Shown here piece by piece: positions 1-7,909 of a stretch of DNA of 31,944 nt. Below the pieces are notes generated by a model. The model was not told the origin of the DNA and did not search any database. It saw only the letters and a program-made list of their open reading frames with translations. The position numbers and the translations under genes were made by a program. Source of the stretch: Macrostomum lignano (lineage: Eukaryota); contig NIVC01001926.1 of assembly GCA_002269645.1 (NCBI GenBank), positions 1 to 31,944 of the forward strand, in the 5' to 3' direction. The number at the start of each line of letters is the position of its first letter. Within the stretch, counting starts at the first letter, position 1.

Positions 1-857
1 CCAAAACGTCTCAAAGCTATTTTCGCTGTTAAAAAATAGTTTTAGTTAAAAAGTCTGTTTCTGAAGCCAAGTTTACACTAGAAACTTTGCATCGGTTAAC
101 CTTTAAATTCTTTTTTAGCAAAATAGTTTTTTGTATCGATTAACGATTGAGCGGTGAGGAGCGCGCTTTGCTTTTTACATTACAACTGTGACTGTGGAAT
201 TCATTAAATGAATATATATAATATCTTACTAACATAGTTATAATATATAACAATCATTCGATATGGGAAAAATTTAGTCTCATGTTATACATGTATATAG
301 CTTCAGCTTGCAAGTGCTTTCATCAACGTTCATAAAAGTAAAATTGCGTTGTCGATTGACTGTTTTTTATTTTGTTTTTACTTAAAGCAATAATTATTCA
401 TGTCAGTTTTTAATACCAAGACTATGTGTTTAACTAGCTTTACTATAGGGGCACTCAAACTCTTAAAAAAGCTAAGAACTTAGCGTTAAGGTAGCGACCG
501 ACCAAGAATTACAAGAAATAATTTATCATAAAACTGTCAAATTCTATGTCCCACTATCAAGATAGCAATATCTTATGATAAAGGTAAATTCACCTGATTA
601 AAAGCAAAAAAAATTCAAATAAATTTACTGCGTCTGAAGTTCTGATTCGTACAGAACTTTGGATTAACAAATGTAGAATTACAGTTGCGTGTTTGAAAAA
701 AAAGTTTTTACATTATTTTCCACTTAGTCTAAGATTTTCTGAATAAACTGCTCATAATTTAGCTATCTATTCAAAATCAAATTGATTTGCAACAAATTTA
801 CATTTTAATTCATATTAAAAAGTAAATGGATATTGCAATATTTTCAGCGAGATCAGC

Positions 858-3800
858 ATGAATCGCAATCAGCTGGCTCAGAAGCTGCGTCACAACTGGG
901 CAACAAGGGACCGAGCTCGACTCTAGGCCTCGTTTGGCGATGCTGACCTCACCAACCTTGGCTGGCTGCAGAACATGGATTTGATGAAGCTGACTCCGCC
1001 AACTCCGCCAGCGTCCCCGCCAGTTTCGCCGGGCCCGCTGCTGCTCATGCCGCCGCCGTTGCTGCAGTCGCAGCAGCTGTCCTCTCAAGTCAGTCCAGCG
1101 GCGGCACGCAGCAGAGGCCGCATCAGTTGGATCGAAGCGCTGCATTCTTGGCCGCCAGAGCTCTCTCAGTGCCGGCCAGCCACTCGGCGCCAACGGTGCC
1201 ATCCAGTTGCCGCCGTCGGCGCCGCCGCCCGTCCCGCCGTTGCCCGCTGCCGAGTTCGCGTCCGATCCCAGCCTGAAGCCGCCATACTCATTCTCGACTC
1301 TGATCTTCATGGCCCTGACCAGCCAGAGCCGCTCCCGCATGACTCTGCAGGAAATCTGCGGCTGGATAGGCGACAAATTCGCCTTTTATCGCTGCTCAGG
1401 AGACAAGAGCTGGCAGGTGAGAATAACTATAGGCTTGACTGCGCAATGTTTGTTTGATTCCTGTCCACCAGCCCATGACTTTGTCTGCGTCCGATCCAGC
1501 GCCAGTCCAAGGTCTTTGTTAGTCCTACCATCCTGTACAAGTCCATGTCTTTGCTAGTGCTACCATCCTGTACAAGTCCATGTCTTTGCTAGTGCTACCA
1601 TCCTGTACAAGTCCAGGTCTTTGCTTAGTGCTACCATCCTGTACAAGTCCATGTCTTTGCTAGTGCTACCATCCTGTACAAGTCCAGGTCTTTGCTTAGT
1701 GCTACCATCCTGTACAAGTCCAGGTCTTTGCTAGTGCTACCATCCTGTACAAGTCCATGTCTTTGCTTAGTGCTACTATTTTGTACAAGTCCAGGTCTTT
1801 GCTAGTGCTACCATCCTGTACAAGTCCAGGTCTTTGCTATAGTGCTACCATACTGTAGAAGTCCAGGTCTTTGCTAGTGCTACTATCCTCTACAAGTCTA
1901 AGTCTTTGTTAGTGCTCAGTGGCGCAGCCAGGATTTCCTTCGGGGGGGGGGGGTCACAGTCAGTCACAGGCTCACAGCGGCAACCGGGGGCAGGGGTGCT
2001 AGGCCTCTGCGACGGGGGAGGGGGCCTGAAAATTTGGCCTGGATCAGCCGGCTGGGGGAGGGTCATGGCTCCCATGACCCCCCGTTGGCTACGCCCCTGT
2101 TAGTGCTGTCATCCTGTAGAAGTCCAGAGCAACATTTTAGTCAATTTTATGGGGCTGGCCCTGTTGCATTTGCACGCCTGTCAGCTACTATACGAGTGCG
2201 AACTAAAAATACGATTGATCTCAATTCACGTGGCACTGGTTGCCCGTAACCCACCTCCATGACAGCCCCAGCTCCCCAGTTTCTGTGCAGTTCTTGGCAC
2301 AATAAAATATTTACGACCCGTGCGCAGACACTAAAAATTTTCTCCACAAAAAGAATGGCAGGCCCAGCGTGAATCTCTCGCCCTACACCAAAAAAACATC
2401 GCAGCTGAGAAGAGAGGTCACCCGCATTCCATATTGGGAGCTTGCTACTTGGGATTCTGTTAGGAAAAGCTGCATCCAAAAATTTTGTATCCCAAACATC
2501 GGTGCCCCCAGCGCGCAGGTCTCGGCTCTGTTTCCCGTCCTTCCCATTCCCAATTTTTTTCTTAACATTCACATCCCCGGCTCTCAGCTCCATTGTTCCC
2601 CGGCGCGTACACGACAGACAGACTCTTTGCATCGATCTCGCCGTGGGCCTTAATTCTCCCCTTCAGGACTGGGGATGAGTGAGGGGGCTTAGAAGCCAGA
2701 AGCAGGGGAAAGTGCAAAGTGCAACTGTACTTTAATTCTCTTAGCTAGTATCCTTTAGTCAACAGTCAGATGCCTAATTTTAGCATCACCATTGAGAGAC
2801 TCTGCTTTCCAAGAAAGACAATTATGGTTAGTTAGATTAGTCTTGTGCAAAATTGCGCTAAAAGTAGCTGTCAATAGGAGCTAAACTAGAGATGTTTCGA
2901 ACTGGCTACTACAAGTAACAAGCTACCAATTGAGTTCAAAGGTGGCTTCGCGAAAATCGTTGTTAAATATTAATAATTTGGATTTTCTTTGGGTCAGTTT
3001 CTACTGTTTTACCGACATGTAGTCATACAGAGTGCATGCTAGGGACGCCAGGGGTGCCAGGAGTGCCAGGGGTGCCAGGAGTGCCAGGGGTGCCAGGAGT
3101 GCCAGGGGTTCCAGGAGTGCCAGGGGTTCCAGGAGTGCCAAGGGCTGCCAGGAGTGCCAGGAGTGCCAGGAGTGCCAGGGGTGCCAGGAGTGCCAGGAGT
3201 GCCAGGGGTGCCAGGGGTGCTAGGGGTGCCAGGAGTGCCAGGAGTGCCAGGGGTGCCAGGGGTGAGGGGTGCCAGGAGTGCCAGGAGTGCCAGGGGTGCC
3301 AGGGGCGCAAGAGTTGTCAGAAATATCATGGATGTCAAAGATGTCTAGGGCGCCAAGGTTGCCACGGGCGCCAAGGTAGTCAGGGGCGCCAAGGTCACCA
3401 GAGGCGCCAAGGTCGTCAGGGGCGCCAAGGTCACCAGGGGCGCCAAGGTCGTCAGGGGCGCCAAGGTCACCAGGGGCGCCAAGGTCACCAGGGGCGCCAA
3501 GGTCGCCACAGCTGCATTTAGCATGGCATCTTTTCAGAGCGCGGTTCGCTACAACCTCACCCTAAACCGCTGCTTCCAACGGGTTCCGCGGCGCAAAGAC
3601 GAGGCCGGGAACAAGGGCGGCTTCTGGAGGCTCAATCCCGACCACGCCAGCTATTTGGAGATGCCGCATAGCAACCATCTGGCAACGGGGCCCGTCACCG
3701 CCCCTGTCACGTCGCTCGCCCAGACGGCGGGTTTCAAGCGACCAGGCGGGCCGCAGGCTGCCAGCGCCAGCAAGGAGATGGCGGCCACCGTGAAACGGCG

Positions 3801-4740
3801 TAACCATGGCAACCTGTTCTATGGCAGCCAGCAGGCGATGCACGCCACCTATCAGACGCAGCTCAGCCTGCCGGATTTCCAGGATGAGAGACGGAGTTTC
3901 TATGGTGACCACAACCACCTGCAGCATGGGCACCCGATGCCTGGATCTGATTGGCTGAGCGCAAACATCCTGGATGAGAACTCGATGCGGAGCCATGACC
4001 CGACTCTGTCGGGCGTCAGCTTGAAAAACGGTAGGCCATGAAGCAATCAGATTCGCTTGAGAGTAGCTCGAAAATTCGTTTTTTATTAGATTGCCAACTG
4101 CTTACAAGAAGTCTGCAACTGAGGATCTGAGAGGCTGGCTCAGAAACTGAGGATCTGGGAGGCTGGCCCAGCAGCTGGGGATCTGGGAGGCTGGCCCAGC
4201 AACTGAGGATCTGGGAGGTTGGCCCAGAAACTGAGAATCTGGGAGGGTGGGATCTTGGTGATCTGGGATCATGAGCATTAAACTTGCAGATATTTTACAA
4301 GAATAAATGCATGCTATCATCTGTAAACAAAATTTTTGCCAGCATCCGACCCCCGGCCAGCTGCAGCGACCGTTGGCTCCGTCTCGACGGCGTCGTCGTC
4401 TACAGCAGCAGCAGCCAGCACCACCGGTCCTGCCGACGATGAGCGCTGGCTGTTTGAACCGGACGACGGCTTGCTTGGCGAGAGCGGCCAGGCGGCTCTG
4501 GACATGTCCAACCCAGCCAGCCTGCTGGATTTGACTTTGCACGGCACAGCGCTGAATCCGCCGAGCTGGTGGGTCAGCAGCATCGGCGAGGTCGGCGGCG
4601 GAGGCGGTGGCGGCGCCGGTGGCAGTAGCGGCGGCGGCAGGGGCGCCACTCCGTCGCCGATTTTGCATAGTGAGCAGGAGGAATGGGTGGACGGCAATCT
4701 GGACGCTAGCGAGCTGGACACCCTGCTGGGTCTGGCCTAG
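858..4740 (+). CDS. foxJ1: FoxJ1-like forkhead transcription factor (spliced; proposed exons 858/927-1088, 1159-1416, 3538-4030, 4343-4740)
   Basis: Forkhead domain split by an intron: [14 protein letters not shown]...[21 protein letters not shown]|[32 protein letters not shown]. The wing resembles the FoxJ1 signature KVPR-KDEPGKGGFW. The N-terminal motif [15 protein letters not shown] resembles the FoxJ1 LTSLxWLQ motif. Splice sites are phase-matched: CAG|GTGAGA 1417, TTTTCAG|3538, G|GTAGGC 4031, TTTGCCAG|4343; stop TAG at 4738-4740. The 5' part is uncertain (TAG at 924-926; frame change near 1089-1158). Confidence 0.88.
1159..1416 (+). CDS. foxJ1: FoxJ1-like exon: Pro-rich linker and forkhead helices 1-2
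   Basis: Frame of ORF 1207..1557, reading KPPYS...SWQ; donor GTGAGA at 1417. The 5' boundary depends on a proposed 70-nt intron at 1089-1158. Confidence 0.85.
1505..1916. repeat. 35-36 bp minisatellite (GTCCATGTCTTTGCTAGTGCTACCATCCTGTACAA), about 11 copies, FoxJ1 intron
   Basis: Unit recurs at 1541, 1576 and onward. The last unit is interrupted by the MITE and resumes at 2100-2127. Confidence 0.95.
1917..2099. mobile_element. Non-autonomous hAT-type MITE, 183 bp
   Basis: Imperfect 14-bp TIRs: CAGTGGCGCAGCCA and TGGCTACGCCCCTG (reverse complement CAGGGGCGTAGCCA). Perfect 8-bp TSD TTAGTGCT at 1909-1916 and 2100-2107; 8-bp TSDs are typical of hAT. Confidence 0.85.
3041..3505. repeat. G-rich minisatellite: 9-bp GG(A/G)GTGCCA units grading into 18-bp GGGGCGCCAAGGTC(AC/GT)CA units
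   Basis: Directly visible. It lies in the FoxJ1 intron and ends about 30 nt before the 3538 acceptor. Confidence 0.93.
3538..4030 (+). CDS. foxJ1: FoxJ1-like exon: recognition helix, wing and downstream region
   Basis: Acceptor TTTTCAG ends at 3537 and is in phase 0 with the upstream donor. Reads [30 protein letters not shown]. Donor GTAGGC at 4031 (phase 1). Confidence 0.9.
4117..4255. repeat. 28-bp minisatellite (AACTGAGGATCTGGGAGGCTGGCCCAGC), about 5 copies
   Basis: Units start at 4117, 4145 and onward; inside FoxJ1 intron 4031-4342. Confidence 0.9.
4343..4740 (+). CDS. foxJ1: FoxJ1-like terminal exon (acidic/Trp-containing putative activation region)
   Basis: Acceptor TTTTTGCCAG ends at 4342; G+CA gives Ala in the frame of ORF 4336..4740. 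Ends [19 protein letters not shown]. Confidence 0.8.
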
Positions 4741-4936
4741 GCTATTAGACAGCATTCAATATTTGATTATTTTTAGTCTCCGAGTTTTCCTGCACGCAAT
4801 GATTAATTTATGACTAATGAGCTGTAGTTTATCGCGTCTCTTGTTATTTGGCTGGGTGAATGTGAGATTAATTCTACACAATTAAGGACAAGATTCTTGA
4901 CGATCCGCAACCATGGACAGCTGCACTCGATTTTCT

Positions 4937-5110
4937 TAGAAATGAGCTGCACCGAGGCCGCGGCATGGAATGCAAGGATGGTGCGGTTTTTTCCCGACCG
5001 AATTTTGTCTATGGCGAAACCCTATAGCCATTCAGCGCTGAGCGTTCTCCAGACCATTGGAGATACGACAAATACAATTTCCTTACCGGCCTCGATGCAG
5101 CTTATTCCTA
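4937..5110. mobile_element. TA-flanked inverted-repeat element (putative Tc1/mariner-type MITE)
   Basis: 4937-4960 (TAGAAATGAGCTGCACCGAGGCCG) versus the reverse complement of 5087-5110 (TAGGAATAAGCTGCATCGAGGCCG): 21/24 identical, TA at both outer ends. Confidence 0.55.
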
Positions 5111-5263
5111 GGAAAATTTCGAGTATGACGCGCTTCCTTCTATACTTCAATTTTCCATATCCGCAACTGTGCGATAGTTTTCAACAGAACAGCTGGGCCG
5201 GACCACTGTGATATTCTTAATGGTGCAGCTAGGACCTAGGACTAGTGTGGTATATTCATTATC

Positions 5264-5269
5264 AATAAA
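5264..5269 (+). terminator. Candidate polyadenylation signal for the FoxJ1-like gene
   Basis: First AATAAA I found downstream of the stop codon (about 520 nt after it). Usage not verified. Confidence 0.3.
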
Positions 5270-6131
5270 AGATTTAAGGGTCAATGTGTTTCAGTAACAA
5301 GAATCACAACCCAAAGTTATATTTTGTAACACAAATTTTTAGTGCTTACTTTCAGAATTTAGATGGTCGAAGTGGAGTGAATATACGCTGCTGATCGATG
5401 CTCCATTCGATAGGAGAATCTATCTGATACTTTTTATTTTCCTTTTCTATATTTACTCATTTAAAGAGGCCTTAACTAGTAAGAGATAATTTCGAGTTCA
5501 CGGCGAGCGAGGCGATTAATTTCAGAGTTAAGCACAGAGTTTTTTACATGCGATTTTCTCCGCCCAGAACTGCCTTTATAATTAAACTCAAATTTAGCAT
5601 TGATCTGTTATAGCGAACTACTAGTGTACTACAACTAGCCTCGCGGTCGCGCATGCGCGATCAACTTTGATTTTCCTTATTTTTCCAAGCTGATTTTGTC
5701 CTCAAGAAAGTACAGTTATAAAAAGGCTTGTCCGTCGCGCACTGTATTGCAATTTTTATTGTAAAAAAATACACAAAAAGCTTTATGCTCGTACAAAGTT
5801 TTGGGACACTCCTTTTGAAGTTAATTTCGAATTGTAATCGTTTTCGCTTTTTCTTAGTCCTATATAATCTCGAAAAAAACGATCAGGACTTGAAATCCAG
5901 CGGCAGTGCAATATTTAACGAAGCAGTAATTTTCTCGTGATTCGATGCGTCAAACTTATATTTGAAAACTTGTGGCATTAAAACTGTTGAATCAATAAAC
6001 AATATTTTTGGAGTAAAAACAGTGCAAAATGTTGAACAGTAGGATTGGGGGGGGGGGCTAAATGCCAAGCTCTGGTATATTGGTTGAAAGTTCGGGGGTA
6101 TTTTACGCTTGTGAGCTCAACGCTCCAGCGC

Positions 6132-6369
6132 CTACTCAAAGGTTGTCGAGTCCACCTTGCGCGGCACAGCCGCCAGAGGGTCAGCCACGTTCATGATCAT
6201 GTGGTCAAACACGGCCACGGCGTAAGCTACTCCGGACGATGTGTCCGGGCCCACATGGACGGCCGACCAGCCGACTCGCTTGCTGGCGCAGTCTAGCAGC
6301 TGCATGTAGTGGAAGGCGCACTTCCTCTGCTCGTCGTCCTGCGAGGCAACCAGGAATTCGATTGGGGTC
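6132..6369 (-). CDS. Terminal exon of the CAP-like gene (missed by the ORF track)
   Basis: Polypyrimidine acceptor CTCTCTACCTGCAG. Reads TPIEFLVASQDDEQRKCAFHYMQLLDCASKRVGWSAVHVGPDTSSGVAYAVAVFDHMIMNVADPLAAVPRKVDSTTFE*. 238 nt = 1 + 79 codons. Confidence 0.8.
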
Positions 6370-7909
6370 CTGCAGGTAGAGAGTAGTGTGCGTACACTGT
6401 TTTAGGTTTTAAGTAGAATATAGAAATAAGGATATTAGACATACTGAATTATACATCGAGACAGATAAACTAGCGTTTAGGGATTTGCATAAAAAACTCA
6501 CTCAATTTGGTACCACATATTGACAGATTCCACAGGCAGCTGATCGAAGTCCTCGAACTCGATGCGGCTGGCCACCAGGCCGACAGTCTCGTCGCCGTCC
6601 TCTTCCTCGTCAAGGATTAGCATCGGCTGCTCGTATTCGTTGTCAAGCATCAACACAGCCGAGTAGCTCTGCAGTTCAGTCTGCAGCCTAGAGTTAAAGC
6701 CGTACTGAGCTTCGTAGTTGGCGAATCGCTGGGCGAGCCTCTGGGCTGCCATGCAATATTCGTCACGACAGGTGACCGGCTTGCAACCGACGTGGCACAG
6801 TCGGGCCCGGTTGATGCGGTGCACGGCTCGGGTCAGGCCAGATAGAGACTCTTCATCACACTGTAGCTGCCTCATCTGCTCAGCCCGGTTGTCCAGAACA
6901 GAGTTGAGCTGGCTCATCACGATGCGCTTTTTCTCGCTGTAGTTAAATCTGACGACAAGAGGAGCCTGCTGCACAGGGGAAACCGGAGTTGCTCCATCAC
7001 CATCTGGTCCGGCGATGGGGCGGCTTCGATTGCGTATTCTTCAGCCTCTTCTTCCTCATATTCGACAGCTTCCTCTTCCTCGTATTCTGCTTCTTCACCG
7101 TATTCAGCAGCTTCCTCTTCTCCGTATTCACCTTCTTCTTCTTCGTATTCACCTTCTTCTTCTCCGTATTCAGCAGCTTCCTCTTCTCCGTATTCACCTT
7201 CTTCTTCTTCGTATTCACCTTCTTCTTCTCCGTATTCAGCAGCTTCCTCTTCTCCATATTCAGCGGCTTCCTCTTCTCCATATTCAGCGGCTTCCTCTTC
7301 TCCATATTCAGCGGCTTCCTCTTCTCCATATTCAGCGGCTTCCTCTTCTCCATATTCAGCGGCTTCCTCTTCTCCGTATTCAGCGGCTTCCTCTTCTCCG
7401 TATTCAGCGGCTTCCTCTTCTCCGTATTCAGCGGCTTTCTCTTCTCCATATTCAGCGGCTTCCTCTTCCTCGTATTCAGCGGCTTCCTCCTCGGCTTCAG
7501 CTCCCTCTTCGTGGTATTCTTCATGGTATTCAACTACCTCTTCATGGTATTCCTCATGGTATTCTTCATGGTATTCAACAGCCTCTTCGTGGTATTCTTC
7601 ATGGTATTCAACTACCTCTTCATGGTATTCTTCATAGTATTCAACAACCTCTTCCTCGTTTTCAGCCTCCTCTTCGGCCCCCGCTTCCTCTTCTGCCTCG
7701 GCTGCATCATATTGGTAATCGTTGCGCCCAACAGCGTAGGCTTCGGTGGGATCGTCGGCCTCCTCATAGTATTGCTCGCCAGCCGCTCGTGGGACTTCGA
7801 CTTCGTCGGCATCGTCAAAGTTCTGACCTGCGACAGTTTTAGCCCTTGTTGAAGAAGATGCTTCGCTGCCACTGGCGGCGTTGCCTTTGTTCTTGTTGAC
7901 GATGACCAT
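6132..7909 (-). CDS. Acidic Glu/Tyr-repeat protein with a C-terminal divergent CAP/SCP/TAPS-like domain (about 540-550 aa)
   Basis: ORF 7909-6917 (acidic repeat) overlaps ORF 6974-6498. They are joined by a 32/35-nt GT-AG intron (7000-6969/6966) or by one extra C in the 7017-7020 run. A 132-nt intron follows (GA|GTGAGT at 6501 to CCTGCAG|G at 6370, phase 2), then exon 6369-6132. CAP-like motifs occur in the correct order: HRINRARLCHVGCKPV...AAQRLAQRF, ESVNMWY, FHYMQLLDCASKRVGWS, YAVAVFD. No signal peptide. Confidence 0.75.
7040..7700 (-). repeat. Coding minisatellite: 24-bp (YGEEEAAE), 21-bp (YEEEEGE) and YHEE-type units
   Basis: All unit lengths are multiples of 3 and the frame stays open throughout ORF 6917..7909. 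Confidence 0.9.

Noticed and set aside
2160-2730. Possible TIR pair GTTGCA(C)TTTGCAC bounding ORF 2147..2632
   Set aside because: Only about 14 bp, imperfect, with no TSD at the left end and no transposase motif in the ORF.
3023-3521. Collagen-like ORFs (GVP/GTP repeats)
   Set aside because: Produced by a 9-bp minisatellite that is open in most frames on both strands. It lies inside a phase-matched FoxJ1 intron and has no signal peptide or collagen end domains.
6989-7852. Phe-rich 287-aa plus-strand ORF and other overlapping ORFs
   Set aside because: Antisense or off-frame shadows of the Glu/Tyr repeat.
6917-7909. Idea that the polyanionic protein is a secreted adhesion-release or biomineral protein
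   Set aside because: No signal peptide or hydrophobic N-terminus (MVIVNKNKGNAASGS), so there is no evidence of secretion.
858-7909. Calling the FoxJ1-like and CAP-like genes pseudogenes
   Set aside because: Both frame breaks can be removed by canonical GT-AG introns and the remaining exons are long and intact. The TAG at 924 remains unresolved, so this is left open rather than called.
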